From the NCBI RefSeq assembly GCF_000146505.1, contig NC_017448.1, forward strand, positions 2,700,001-2,732,000: 32,000 bases of DNA, written 5' to 3'. Both the position numbers and the translations under genes were made by a program. A model generated the notes under the pieces. The model was not told the DNA's origin and ran no database searches. It saw only the letters and a program-made list of their open reading frames with translations. Every line of letters starts with the position of its first letter. Position 1 is the stretch's first letter. This document shows positions 1-9,749 of this stretch, in pieces. This DNA comes from Fibrobacter succinogenes subsp. succinogenes S85. GTDB taxonomy: Bacteria; Fibrobacterota; Fibrobacteria; Fibrobacterales; Fibrobacteraceae.

Positions 1-1
1 T

Positions 2-97
2 CTTTACGCAACAATTCAAGCGGAGTTGCATTCCGGATGGCCCGAAGGTCGGAACGATTTCACTTTCGCCCCGTGCGGACTGGCGCATGCCAAGTGA
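2..97 (+). CDS. 3' end of an unidentified gene entering from the left edge (...[34 protein letters not shown] at 95-97)
   Basis: The frame is open to the window edge and a hairpin plus T-run follows at 167-190. It is too short to name. Confidence 0.2.
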   Translation, partial: LYATIQAELHSGWPEGRNDFTFAPCGLAHAK

Positions 98-166
98 CGC
101 AAGTTTTGCGGACTGGCTGAAATAATTCTCGCTATTAGTTCACTCGCTATTAATTCAAAAAAATAA

Positions 167-190
167 GTGCCGCCTTTGCGCGGCATTTTT
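167..190 (+). terminator. Rho-independent terminator-like hairpin (tgccgc/gcggca) followed by TTTTT; the A-run upstream makes it potentially bidirectional
   Basis: Inverted repeat at 168-173 and 180-185, with a T-run at 186-190. Confidence 0.5.
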
Positions 191-234
191 CGTTTGAATC
201 CTGTTTGACAATTTGACGTTCTCGTTGCAAACGT

Positions 235-260
235 AAAACCCCGGAACATTTGTTCCGGGG
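235..260 (-). terminator. Rho-independent terminator of the glnK-amtB operon
   Basis: Perfect inverted repeat ccccggaaca/tgttccgggg at 239-260. On the minus strand it is followed by UUUU (plus-strand aaaa at 235-238) and lies about 100 nt downstream of the amtB stop. Confidence 0.7.
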
Positions 261-284
261 TACTTTAGTCAACAGAGATACTTT

Positions 285-329
285 TTAGTTGGTAGAACTT
301 AGTTGGCAGAGCTTAGTTGGCAGAACTTA
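285..329. repeat. Three tandem copies of a 14-bp unit TTAGTTGG(T/C)AGA(A/G)C plus a partial fourth copy
   Basis: Copies at 285-298, 299-312 and 313-326, then tta. The repeat lies between the amtB stop (360) and its terminator. Confidence 0.85.
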
Positions 330-359
330 AAGAGAAAGCTTTGTTCTAAGTTCTAAATA

Positions 360-1625
360 CTACATGTTGCTGAAGATTTGGAATCCGCTGTAAGCTTCTT
401 GACCGTGTTCAGCTTGGTCAAGGCCGCGAAGTTCTTGCTTTTCAGTCACGCGGAGGCCCATGGTCTTCTTGATGATGAAGAAGATGAGGCTTGCGGCAGC
501 GAAGCACGGGACAGCGTAGGCGAGGACACCAACAGCCTGAGTGCCGAGCGTGTAGTCACCGGTGATATCGAAGATACCGACAGCGAGCGTACCCCAGACA
601 CCGTTTACGAGGTGAACAGAGAGAGCACCGACCGGGTCATCCAAGTGCAAGCGGTCGAACATGAAGACTGCACCGACGACGAGCACACCAGCGATTGCAC
701 CGATAATCCAGGAAGAAAGCGGGGTCACGACGTCTGCACCAGCGGTGATAGCGACGAGACCGGCAAGGCATCCGTTGAGGGCCATGGTGGCGTCCGGCTT
801 CTTGGAAACGATCCAGCTTGTAAGCGTTGCGGTGATGATGCCTGCGACAGCAGCGAGGTTCGTGGTCACGAGAATCCAGCTAGTAGCCTTCGGGTCGCCG
901 TTAAGAGCAGAACCGGCGTTGAATCCCCACCAACCGAACCAGAGCATGAACACACCGATTGTTGCAAGCGGAATGTTGTGAGCCGGGATAGCGTGAACCT
1001 TGCCGCCGACATACTTACCGATACGCGGTCCGAGAATCATGACGCCAGCGAGAGCTGCCCAACCACCCACAGAGTGGACGAGGGTAGAACCGGCGAGGTC
1101 GTGGAAACCGTGAGCACCGAAGGTGGAGAGCCAGCCGCCGCCCCATGTCCAGCTACCGACAACCGGGTAGACGAGAGCCACGTAGGCGATGGTGAAAACG
1201 AGGAAGGAGTTGAGCTTCACACGTTCAGCAACGGCACCAGAGACAATCGTTGCTGCGGTTGCAGCAAACATTGCCTGGAACAGCCAGTCCGTGAACAGAG
1301 TGAAGTGTCCGTTGTAGGCGGCAGTGAAGTTTGCCGGATTTGCCCAGTCGCCAATGCCGAAGCCTGCGAAACCGAGAATGCCGTTGAATGTACCCGGGTA
1401 CATAAGGCCAAAGCCGAGCAAGGCGTACATCGTGATACCGATTGCCGGCACGGCGATGTTTTTGAAGGCGACGTTTGCAGAGCACTTAGCACGCACAAGG
1501 CCTGCTTCGACACATGCAAATCCGAGACCCATGATGAACACCAACATGGCGCTGATCATGATCCAAATGTTTTCCGTCATAAAGATGGCGTCGTTGACGG
1601 TTGCGACTGTTGCTACTTCGTTCAT
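360..1625 (-). CDS. amtB: Ammonium transporter (Amt family)
   Basis: A 421-aa polytopic membrane protein with typical Amt sequence (FACVEAGLVRAK, AATAATIVSGAVAERVK, DLAGSTLVHSVGGWAALAG, WFGWWGFNAGS, LDDPVGALSVHLVNGVWGT). It sits immediately downstream of a PII gene. Confidence 0.95.
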   Translation of the reverse strand: MNEVATVATVNDAIFMTENIWIMISAMLVFIMGLGFACVEAGLVRAKCSANVAFKNIAVPAIGITMYALLGFGLMYPGTFNGILGFAGFGIGDWANPANFTAAYNGHFTLFTDWLFQAMFAATAATIVSGAVAERVKLNSFLVFTIAYVALVYPVVGSWTWGGGWLSTFGAHGFHDLAGSTLVHSVGGWAALAGVMILGPRIGKYVGGKVHAIPAHNIPLATIGVFMLWFGWWGFNAGSALNGDPKATSWILVTTNLAAVAGIITATLTSWIVSKKPDATMALNGCLAGLVAITAGADVVTPLSSWIIGAIAGVLVVGAVFMFDRLHLDDPVGALSVHLVNGVWGTLAVGIFDITGDYTLGTQAVGVLAYAVPCFAAASLIFFIIKKTMGLRVTEKQELRGLDQAEHGQEAYSGFQIFSNM

Positions 1626-1680
1626 TTGTTAAATCCTTTTTGAAAATTTTAGTTTCTAATTCTGAATTCCTGATTCCGAA

Positions 1681-2022
1681 TTAACCAATCGCCTCCGGGC
1701 CAGTTTCGCCCGTGCGGATGCGAACGCACTGTTCAAGCGACGTGACGAAAATCTTTCCATCGCCGATTTCTCCCGTGCGTGCGCCCTTGATGATGGCGTC
1801 GATGCAGGGCTTTACGAATTCGTCGTTCACTGCAATCTTGAGACAAATTTTCTTCAGCAAATTAACTTCGGTAACAACGCCACGGAAACGTTGGTTGTAA
1901 CCCTTCTGCTGGCCGCAGCCAAGTACGTTAGTGACGGACATCTTGTAGATCTTGTTCTCGTATAGCGATTGCTTTACGCTATTGAGCTTTTCTGGTTGAA
2001 TATAAGCTGTGACGAGCTTCAT
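1681..2022 (-). CDS. glnK: Nitrogen regulatory protein P-II
   Basis: A 113-aa protein reading [20 protein letters not shown]...[20 protein letters not shown], the classic PII length and C-terminal motif. It is paired with amtB. Confidence 0.9.
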   Translation of the reverse strand: MKLVTAYIQPEKLNSVKQSLYENKIYKMSVTNVLGCGQQKGYNQRFRGVVTEVNLLKKICLKIAVNDEFVKPCIDAIIKGARTGEIGDGKIFVTSLEQCVRIRTGETGPEAIG

Positions 2023-2069
2023 GTTGGTATCCTTTTTTGAGGTTTTTAATTTTTGTTCGCTACCCCTAA

Positions 2070-2085
2070 TGCAAAGACTGTGCCA
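2070..2085 (-). promoter_or_regulatory. Sigma-54 (-24/-12) promoter for glnK-amtB
   Basis: The minus strand reads TGGCAC-AGTCT-TTGCA, an exact match to the TGGCAC-N5-TTGCW consensus. The -12 element is about 48 nt upstream of the glnK ATG (2022). Confidence 0.7.
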
Positions 2086-2135
2086 AAAAATAAAACTGGC
2101 GAAATTCGCTCAAAAACGCCAAAAGCAAAAGAAAA

Positions 2136-2158
2136 ATCGCAGCTGAGCTAGCTGCGAT
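2136..2158. promoter_or_regulatory. Perfect 9-bp inverted repeat atcgcagct-N5-agctgcgat, a candidate enhancer-binding-protein site upstream of the sigma-54 promoter
   Basis: The palindrome lies about 50-75 bp upstream of the -24 element. Its half-site spacing resembles the NtrC-type 6-N5-6 architecture. Confidence 0.35.
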
Positions 2159-2203
2159 TACAAATTTTAGATTTACAAATTTTGCGTTAAATTCACAAAA
2201 TGT

Positions 2204-2235
2204 AAAAAGAAACGAGACGCTTTTGTGCGTCTCGT
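2204..2235 (-). terminator. Rho-independent terminator of pyrG
   Basis: Stem acgagacgc/gcgtctcgt (2212-2220 and 2227-2235), followed on the minus strand by UUCUUUUU. It lies 14 nt past the pyrG stop. Confidence 0.75.
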
Positions 2236-2248
2236 AATGAACTTTTAA

Positions 2249-3940
2249 TTACTTTGTTTTAGTCTTTTTCGTTTTTTCAGATGGCGCTGTAGGCTTTTTC
2301 CCGTTCGCTTTTTTCTGCTCGAGGGCTGCCTTTACAAGACCTGTAAACAGCGGGTGCGGATCTGTCGGGCGACTCTTGAATTCCGGATGGAACTGGCAAG
2401 CTTCAAAGTACGGGTGATTCTTGAGTTCGACCATTTCGACGAGCTTTCCGTCGGGCGATGTACCTGCAATTTTGAGTCCCGCCTTTTCGAGTTCCTTGCG
2501 GAATTCGCTATTGTAGTTGAACTCGTAACGGTGGCGATGGCGTTCGCTGATTTTTTCGCTCTTGTAAAGCTTGGCCGCGTTGGAATCCTTGGCGAGCTTG
2601 CAGGGGTAAGCGCCCAAGCGCATGGTGCCGCCTTTTTCCGTGACGTTCTTCTGTTCGTCCATCAAGTCGATGACCGGGTGCGTTGTATTTTCGTCAAATT
2701 CGGTGGAGTTGGCGTCCTTCCAGCCGAGAACGTCGCGCGCAAATTCAATCACGCAGCATTGCATGCCGAGGCAGATGCCGAGCAGCGGAACCTTGTTTTC
2801 GCGAGCGTAGCGGATGGCAGCGCACTTGCCGTTGACACCGCGGCTTCCGAAACCGCCCGGAATCAAAATGCCGTCAGCCTTCTTGATGAGCTTTGGATTC
2901 TTTTCGAGTTCTTCGGCTTCGATACATTCCACGTTCACCTTGGCGTTGTTGGCCATGCCGGCGTGCTGCAAAGCTTCGTGTACGGACTTGTAGGCGTCAC
3001 GAATGGCAATGTACTTGCCGACGAGTGCGATGGTGCATTCGTACTTGGGCTGCGTGGCCTTCTTGACGAGGCTATCCCATTCAGAATGTACAATCGGGTG
3101 GACGCTCAAATGAAGCTGTTCCAAAACGCGCAAGTCGAGTTCCTGCTTGGAAAGTTCGCGCGGCACGGCGTAAACGGAATCCTTCACGTCCTTCTCTTCG
3201 ATGACGCATTCGGGCTTCACGTTGCAGAAAAGCGCGAGTTTGTCGAGATGTTCCTGCGGAATATGCATTTCGGTACGGCACACGAGAATGTCCGGGAAAA
3301 TACCGATGTTGCGGAGTTCTGCGACGGAGTGCTGCGAAGGCTTGGTCTTGAGTTCGCCTGCGGCCTTGAGGTACGGCACCAAAGTCAGGTGGATAAAGCA
3401 AGTGTTTTCGACACCGACTTCAAAACGGAACTGCCTTGCCGCTTCGAGGAACGGGAGCGATTCAATATCGCCTGCAACACCGCCGATTTCGCATAAGATA
3501 ATATCTGCGCCACTTTCGGCTGCCGAGCGGAATGCATCCTTGATTTCGTTCGTGATGTGCGGAATGACCTGTACCGTTCCGCCCAGGTAATGGCCTGCAC
3601 GTTCCTTAGAAAGTACGGAAGAATAAATACGGCCTGATGTGTAGCTTGATGCCTTGGAACACTGCACGCCAGCAAAACGTTCATAGTGGCCAAGATCCAA
3701 GTCGGTTTCGTAGCCATCGTCAGTCACAAAAACTTCGCCATGCTGGTACGGGCTCATCGTACCCGGATCCACGTTCAGGTACGGGTCGAGCTTTTGCATG
3801 AATACCTTGTAGCCGCGGCTCTTCAAGAGGAGCGCGAGCGATGCCGAGGTGATTCCCTTGCCGAGCGAGCTTACGACGCCGCCCGTGATAAAAATGTACT
3901 TAGGCTGCTTTGCCGAATTCTTTGCGGTTGCCTTAGCCAT
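2249..3940 (-). CDS. pyrG: CTP synthase
   Basis: A 563-aa protein with [17 protein letters not shown] at the N-terminus and a C-terminal glutamine amidotransferase domain ([25 protein letters not shown]). Confidence 0.97.
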   Translation of the reverse strand: MAKATAKNSAKQPKYIFITGGVVSSLGKGITSASLALLLKSRGYKVFMQKLDPYLNVDPGTMSPYQHGEVFVTDDGYETDLDLGHYERFAGVQCSKASSYTSGRIYSSVLSKERAGHYLGGTVQVIPHITNEIKDAFRSAAESGADIILCEIGGVAGDIESLPFLEAARQFRFEVGVENTCFIHLTLVPYLKAAGELKTKPSQHSVAELRNIGIFPDILVCRTEMHIPQEHLDKLALFCNVKPECVIEEKDVKDSVYAVPRELSKQELDLRVLEQLHLSVHPIVHSEWDSLVKKATQPKYECTIALVGKYIAIRDAYKSVHEALQHAGMANNAKVNVECIEAEELEKNPKLIKKADGILIPGGFGSRGVNGKCAAIRYARENKVPLLGICLGMQCCVIEFARDVLGWKDANSTEFDENTTHPVIDLMDEQKNVTEKGGTMRLGAYPCKLAKDSNAAKLYKSEKISERHRHRYEFNYNSEFRKELEKAGLKIAGTSPDGKLVEMVELKNHPYFEACQFHPEFKSRPTDPHPLFTGLVKAALEQKKANGKKPTAPSEKTKKTKTK

Positions 3941-3990
3941 GTAGCGTCTCCTTGCCGGCCACTGTGCCGGGGGTTGTTATAAAGTTTGTA

Positions 3991-4023
3991 TAAAAATAAA
4001 GGCAAAAGCCAGTAGCTTTTGCC
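3991..4023 (-). promoter_or_regulatory. Terminator-like hairpin in the pyrG 5' leader (possible attenuator)
   Basis: On the minus strand, ggcaaaagc-tactg-gcttttgcc is followed by UUUAUUUUUA, 51-83 nt upstream of the pyrG ATG. A second small hairpin (3955-3970) abuts the SD. Confidence 0.35.
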
Positions 4024-4351
4024 AAACGATAAAGACAGTTAAAGAGGGGAAAAATCGGGTGTTTAATAGCTTGTTCGGAGGGGGTCGCCTGATGACGTTG
4101 CGAAATCGTTGCAACGGCTGAATACAGGTGAGCTTCGATGGTGTCCGATATTTTCATCGGACTTATAATGTAGTAAAAATGCGGCGTAGGGCAAGAATAA
4201 CCTTGAAATTTTTTGTAACAATTTTTGTACTGTTACATTTTGTGTAAAGCAATTTTCTCTAAAACAAGAAAATGTAAAAGATTGGCGCGATGCACGATGT
4301 TTTGCGATTGCGGAACCGCTGTTTGTGACTATTTTTTAGCCAGGTATTTTT

Positions 4352-5050
4352 ATGTCTATCATCAACGAAATTCAAAAAGCGCTTTTCGCAAAACAGGATT
4401 TAAAGTTCAAGGCTTTCCATAGCAAGCTTATTCCGACGACGGATCCAAAGTCAATTATCGGTGTGCGTACTCCCGACTTGCGGGCCATAGCAAAGGAATT
4501 TGCAAATCACTCTGACGTGGAAAAATTCTTGACCACGCTTCCGCATAAGTATTACGACGAAAATCAAATCCATGCGTTTATTTTGTCTTTAATTAAGGAC
4601 TATGATGATTGCGTGTCGCACATTGATGCGTTCTTGCCGTATGTGGATAACTGGGCAACTTGCGATCAGATGCGCCCGAAAGTTTTTGCAAAGGCCGCGA
4701 ACCGCAAGCGACTTTTGAAAGATGTTGAACGTTGGATGAGTGCTCCCGTGACGGACGTTTACGCTGTCCGCTTTGGTATCGAAACGTTGATGTCGTTCTT
4801 TTTGGATGATGACTTTGACCCGAAATTTTTGAAATGGGTTTCGAAAATCCGCAGCGAGGAATATTACTTGAACATGATGGTGGCGTGGTTCTTTGCGACG
4901 GCACTTGCAAAACAGTACGAAGTGACTCTCCCATTTATCGAAAAACACGTGCTTGATGCATGGACGCATAACAAGACCATCCAGAAGGCGATTGAAAGCT
5001 ATCGCATCACGGATGAGCAGAAAGCATATCTGAAGACCTTAAAATTATAG
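4352..5050 (+). CDS. DNA alkylation repair protein (AlkD-like HEAT-repeat family)
   Basis: A 232-aa protein whose N-terminus (FKAFHSKLIPTTDPKSIIGVRTPDLRAIAKEF) and length are typical of the DNA alkylation repair enzyme family. Confidence 0.65.
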   Translation: MSIINEIQKALFAKQDLKFKAFHSKLIPTTDPKSIIGVRTPDLRAIAKEFANHSDVEKFLTTLPHKYYDENQIHAFILSLIKDYDDCVSHIDAFLPYVDNWATCDQMRPKVFAKAANRKRLLKDVERWMSAPVTDVYAVRFGIETLMSFFLDDDFDPKFLKWVSKIRSEEYYLNMMVAWFFATALAKQYEVTLPFIEKHVLDAWTHNKTIQKAIESYRITDEQKAYLKTLKL

Positions 5051-5062
5051 TATCTTTAAAAT

Positions 5063-5872
5063 ATGATTGATTATACAGTACAGACCATAAAAACTGACAA
5101 TTTTGAAATGGACTACCTCAAGTTTGGCACAGGCGCGCGTACGCTCGTGTTGTTACCGGGGATGAGTCTCAAGAGTATGATGGGCCTTGCCTCGATGGTG
5201 GTGGATTCGTACAAGATATTTGCAGACGATTTTACGGTCTACATGTTCGACCGCAAAAAGAATTTCGGTGAATCGTATCCGATGGAACAGATGGCGACTG
5301 ATACTGCCGAAGCGATGGATGCGTTGGGCATTGAACGCGCCTGCTTCATTGGAATTTCGCAGGGTGGCATGATTTCGCAAATCATTGCTGAACAATACCC
5401 GCAGAAGGTTGAACGCTTGGCGCTCGGTTGCAGTGCAGCCCGCTTGAACGATATGTCTCGCGCGGTGATGACGGAATGGAAACGCCTCGCCGAAGCTCGC
5501 GATATCGAAGCCCTCTGCTCTAATTTTATAGATAAAGTTTTTTCTGCCGAAACAATCCGCAAGTACAAAAAGAGCCTGATGCGCATGAATACGAATGCGA
5601 CCGAACAGGACATGGCTCGCTTCTGCGTGCTTGCCCGTGCCTGCCTTGAATACGATGCATACCCGGGACTTGAAAAACTCAAATGTCCGACGCTCGTTTT
5701 GGGCGCAGAACTCGATCAGGTCTTGGGCGTAATCGCCTCTCGCGAAATCGCCGAAGTGCTAAAGCAAAACGGTGTGCCGACGGAACTCTACGTTTACGAG
5801 AACTATGGCCATGCCGCCTACGATGAAGCTCCGGATTACCGTTCAAGGATTTTGGAGTTCTTGAAGGGATAG
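5063..5872 (+). CDS. Alpha/beta hydrolase
   Basis: A 269-aa protein with an LPGMS oxyanion region, a nucleophile elbow GISQGG and a C-terminal GHAAYDE histidine. Confidence 0.75.
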   Translation: MIDYTVQTIKTDNFEMDYLKFGTGARTLVLLPGMSLKSMMGLASMVVDSYKIFADDFTVYMFDRKKNFGESYPMEQMATDTAEAMDALGIERACFIGISQGGMISQIIAEQYPQKVERLALGCSAARLNDMSRAVMTEWKRLAEARDIEALCSNFIDKVFSAETIRKYKKSLMRMNTNATEQDMARFCVLARACLEYDAYPGLEKLKCPTLVLGAELDQVLGVIASREIAEVLKQNGVPTELYVYENYGHAAYDEAPDYRSRILEFLKG

Positions 5873-6099
5873 GGGGAAGGGCCCTGTTTGATGAGTCGGT
5901 TATCTCGGATTTTCTCGTGAATTGGGCGTGGCGAGCGTTTTTTTAGCGATTTTATGTTAATTTGCGAAAACATACACTAAAAAAATGTATATATAAAACG
6001 TGCAATTAATATTAGGCACAAAAGCCAAAAAATGTTTTTTAATTAATACCTTGGATGCTTGACTTCTGAGGTGTGTTTTTGTTTAAAATTGGAAAAATT

Positions 6100-9000
6100 A
6101 TGGACGAAATTCTTTCTCTTGCTTATTATATCACATACGCGACTCGTAGGGCTGACGCTCCTATTGGTTTCAACTTTCTTCGTCAAGCAGAAAACTTTAT
6201 TGCTGCGTTGATGCCTTTTGAAGCTGCTACTCAAGATTACTATGATGACGATCTTGTTGCTTTAATTAATATCCATATCACTAGAGATGAGTTCTTAGAT
6301 GTACTAGCGCAAATAGAGCGGGGGGTTCGGCCGCGAAATGTCAGTTTGCCTGTAAGAGGAGTTGTCCCTAATCCTCAGGAACGTCCGAGTTTTTTTGAAA
6401 ACTATATCACTAATATCCATGATGATAGAACAAAATCGTCGGTTTGCCAGACCATCAATCGCTTGAATGAGGTTATGCAGGGCATTTCCTATAATGGTGT
6501 TGATGAAAATGGAAATCCGGTTGTCGAGGCGAATAATCCGAAGTCTAGACCGAATGGATTGGTTGTTGGTCGAGTCCAGTCGGGTAAGACGCGCAACTAT
6601 ATCGGCTTGATGTTAAAGGCTTTTGATGAAGGTTGGAATACAATCTTTGTTTTAACGAGTAATAGCACTGAACTTCGTACACAGACTGCTAGTCGAATTG
6701 CCAAAGATTTAGCCAAAGCCGGTATAACGGATAGGTTTGCTCGTCAGGTAGATGTAAGTATTAGAAATGGAAATCTTCCTGCGAATGACACAAATGGTTT
6801 CCTCTATTGGGGCGTGGTAATTAAAGAAGTTAATAATATTGGAAATTTCAAGCAATGGTTGAGTGATAGTCGTGCTGTTCATCAGAATATGCGCGTTATG
6901 ATTATCGATGATGAAGCTGATAATGCAAGTCCGAATTCTAATAATGATCCCAATTTGTTAGAGGACGCAGAAATTGATTTGGAACTTGAGAAGTTGACTT
7001 GTCTTGCTGAAGATGAACAATTTGCAGGACTAGTAGATGTTGTGGAATGGTTCAAAAATCTTAGAACATTGAATGCTGAACATGCTGCATTAATTTTTGC
7101 TAAAAATATTTTAGCAGAAGGTGCAAGATCGGCTACTGTTCAACGCGATGCGCTTCTTCGAAATCAAAATTGGTGCAACCTGACTGGTGCGACGGAAGAA
7201 ATTGTTCGTGAAATTTATAGATACTATAATGTTGGCAATAGAAAGCCAAATGTAAAAGAATTTATTTTATTGGTGAAGTCAATTCTGTCTATCGCAACTG
7301 ACAGAAGCCAAATCAATGGTGGCATCATTGAAATCGTGGATAAGACTCGGGATGCTGTCGAATATACATATAATTTTAAACATTGTGCTTATATCGCTTA
7401 TACAGCAACGCCTTATGCTTGTATCTTGAATGAAAATCCGAACGCAACTTCCATTTATCCTGATTTTATTCAATCACTAGACAAATCAAATCAGTATTTT
7501 GGCCTTGCTGAAATTTTTGGACGGTATGATCCTGATAATCTAAATTCGAGAATGCCTATTTTGCAAACTTTTTCGGATGAGGAAGCTGTTCTCGTTGATA
7601 AAGTTAAAAGTGGAGCTAGAATATCGGACGATTTGTCGGTTGAAGGAGAAGAATGGGTTGGCTTGAAAGACGCCATCAGCTATTTCGTTTGCTCTGCCGC
7701 AGCTCGCCGTGTACGCCGATTGAGAGATGTTCCTGTTATAGAGAATAATGGAAATGAAGAATTTTATTCGTCTATTCGTGACGATTTATGGACATCAATG
7801 TTGGTAAACATCCATCATACGATAGGAGTCATGGATGGAGCTAAAGATGCTATAAAAACATATTTGCGAAATTTCTTACGGAGGGACGATTTTATAGATG
7901 TTTGTCATGAAGCTTGGGTGCGTATGACAGGCGAATTTACCGAAGAATATTTTAGACAACTTTTCCCAAATTATGGAGAGTTTGAGCCCTATCCAAGTTG
8001 GGAAGCTCTTTTGCCTCATTTAGAGTATTTTAGAGGCGTGGATAAAATCCAGGTTGTGGTATTGAATACTGGCGCTAGCGGTAGAGATGATTCGAATCGT
8101 TACGCAAATAATGGTGATGGTGTTCAACGTTATACGGATGATCGAGCCTGGATTGTTTGTGGTGGTAACAAAATTTCTCGTGGTTTAACGCTTCCGGGGC
8201 TTACTGTTAGCTATTTTGACCGATTGAACAAAACGATTCCCGTGGATACAATGACCCAAATGGGGCGTTGGTTCGGTTATCGTCGTGGTTATGAAATGTT
8301 ACCACGAATTTGGATGAAGCCTGCAAATTTACAGGAATTGAAGAAAATCGCCCAGGTTGAAGAATTGCTTCATCCAAGCATTAGAGAAAATTTTGATAAT
8401 CATTATTCTCCGGCAGATCCGAACCATTTCCAAACGGTTTATTCATTTGGTAGAAAGCTCTCTGGAAGAGAACAAAGTCGCAGACGGATGGAGGCTCCGA
8501 TGGGGGCTTTAATCCATTCTAAAACACTGCCTATTCAGAGAGACTCTGTTGTGGCTGCTTATAATATTGTTAATCGCTTTGCTACGGAACATCAAGAGAA
8601 AGTTCGGAATTCAGAAGAATATCAATATAGTAGAATCCCGTTATGGGAGAATGTTCCTGTAGAAGATGTTGTTAGGACATTGACCGAATTACGAGATTTC
8701 TATCCTGAAAAAACGAAACGCGTTTTGAATGCCTTGATTAGGGATGTTAACAGTAGCTTAGTAAATGAATGGGATGTCGTTTTAGGTACACCTGCTATTG
8801 GCGTGCTGGATAGCGTGCCGGAAAATAGGCCGTATTTCCGGATAGGGAATTTTATTCTTTCGGGTGCTAATCCGAGGATATTCTATAAGGATGGCGTTTT
8901 GGAAGCGGAATCTAGACTTCACATTTCGTTCTATGCGAATTTCCCGAAAACAGTTTTGGAAGAAACAACTCAATATTATAAGGATTATTTTAGTCATCAT

Positions 9001-9747
9001 CCAGAAGATTTGCCTAAAGATAAGAAATTGCCTGAAGGTTTCCGTAACAGATCTGATTCCCGTTATATGGCAACAGCGTTTGCTGGTTTGAGAAGTCCTT
9101 CTAATAAGAAGCCTGTATTGCAATTCTATGTGATTAATCCGCAAGGGAATGTAGAAGGACTTGAGGCGGGAATACCTTTAATCGCTATATCTGTTTATTG
9201 GCCGGAACACAATCCGGATTACTTCGTTGCAAATGAAGTTGGTTATGAACCGCCTCCGCGTTCTATTGACAAAACTCATGTCTTTGTGAAAGTCAATAGA
9301 ATTCTTCAGGAAGCCAACTTCCCGATGACTACGGCGGCTTTAAGGGCGAAGTTCCTCAAATATTATCCGCTTCGCAAATTCCCAAATGCAGAAACGGTTT
9401 ATAATGCCAATGTTCGCCGTGGTAACGAGAATGGGTATGGTTATTACCAGTTCCCAGGTAAAGATGCTTATGCTTCTATAAATTGGGCGGAAATGGAAAA
9501 TGCGGAAATAGAAATAGGTCGTGCTTTCTTGAAAGAAATCGCAATTATTTTACGAGGCACCGTGAATCGGTTGTCTTTTGATGATTTGAAAAATGCTGTT
9601 CTTGCTGCGGATGCTAGATGGAATGAAAATTTGATGCCTTCAACTCCGGCAGAATTACAAAGGCTTATAGAGAATCATCCTGAATATAATCTGAGGTGCG
9701 AACCTGGACGTCCGTATCGTTTCTGGTTTAATTGTGAGGGTGTGTAA
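6100..9747 (+). CDS. Z1-domain P-loop ATPase (large, about 1215 aa)
   Basis: Motifs: GRVQSGKTRNYIGL Walker A (nt 6568-6591), MIIDDEADNAS Walker B, YTATPYA, ISRGLTLPGLTVSYF and QMGRWFGYRRGY...RIWM, the hallmark Z1-domain string. The ATG at 6100 is preferred over the upstream GTG at 6073. Confidence 0.75.
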   Translation: MDEILSLAYYITYATRRADAPIGFNFLRQAENFIAALMPFEAATQDYYDDDLVALINIHITRDEFLDVLAQIERGVRPRNVSLPVRGVVPNPQERPSFFENYITNIHDDRTKSSVCQTINRLNEVMQGISYNGVDENGNPVVEANNPKSRPNGLVVGRVQSGKTRNYIGLMLKAFDEGWNTIFVLTSNSTELRTQTASRIAKDLAKAGITDRFARQVDVSIRNGNLPANDTNGFLYWGVVIKEVNNIGNFKQWLSDSRAVHQNMRVMIIDDEADNASPNSNNDPNLLEDAEIDLELEKLTCLAEDEQFAGLVDVVEWFKNLRTLNAEHAALIFAKNILAEGARSATVQRDALLRNQNWCNLTGATEEIVREIYRYYNVGNRKPNVKEFILLVKSILSIATDRSQINGGIIEIVDKTRDAVEYTYNFKHCAYIAYTATPYACILNENPNATSIYPDFIQSLDKSNQYFGLAEIFGRYDPDNLNSRMPILQTFSDEEAVLVDKVKSGARISDDLSVEGEEWVGLKDAISYFVCSAAARRVRRLRDVPVIENNGNEEFYSSIRDDLWTSMLVNIHHTIGVMDGAKDAIKTYLRNFLRRDDFIDVCHEAWVRMTGEFTEEYFRQLFPNYGEFEPYPSWEALLPHLEYFRGVDKIQVVVLNTGASGRDDSNRYANNGDGVQRYTDDRAWIVCGGNKISRGLTLPGLTVSYFDRLNKTIPVDTMTQMGRWFGYRRGYEMLPRIWMKPANLQELKKIAQVEELLHPSIRENFDNHYSPADPNHFQTVYSFGRKLSGREQSRRRMEAPMGALIHSKTLPIQRDSVVAAYNIVNRFATEHQEKVRNSEEYQYSRIPLWENVPVEDVVRTLTELRDFYPEKTKRVLNALIRDVNSSLVNEWDVVLGTPAIGVLDSVPENRPYFRIGNFILSGANPRIFYKDGVLEAESRLHISFYANFPKTVLEETTQYYKDYFSHHPEDLPKDKKLPEGFRNRSDSRYMATAFAGLRSPSNKKPVLQFYVINPQGNVEGLEAGIPLIAISVYWPEHNPDYFVANEVGYEPPPRSIDKTHVFVKVNRILQEANFPMTTAALRAKFLKYYPLRKFPNAETVYNANVRRGNENGYGYYQFPGKDAYASINWAEMENAEIEIGRAFLKEIAIILRGTVNRLSFDDLKNAVLAADARWNENLMPSTPAELQRLIENHPEYNLRCEPGRPYRFWFNCEGV

Positions 9748-9749
9748 CT

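Noticed and set aside
16-249. 77-aa minus-strand ORF at the left edge
   Set aside because: It spans two terminator hairpins and an A/T-rich spacer and has no SD. It is very likely non-coding.
285-329. Tandem repeat as a mini CRISPR array
   Set aside because: The units are 14 bp and directly abutting with no spacers, and there are no cas genes.
378-1643. 421-aa ORF on the plus strand, exactly the length of amtB
   Set aside because: It is an antisense shadow of the Amt gene. Its translation is Asp/Glu/Cys/His/Arg-rich with no recognisable motifs, whereas the minus strand carries clear Amt signatures.
2354-3496. 380-aa plus-strand ORF inside pyrG
   Set aside because: It is an antisense shadow ORF. 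The minus-strand frame is unmistakably CTP synthase.
5122-5140. TGGCAC motif inside the hydrolase gene as a second sigma-54 promoter
   Set aside because: There is no TTGC element at the -12 spacing, and the motif lies inside a coding region.
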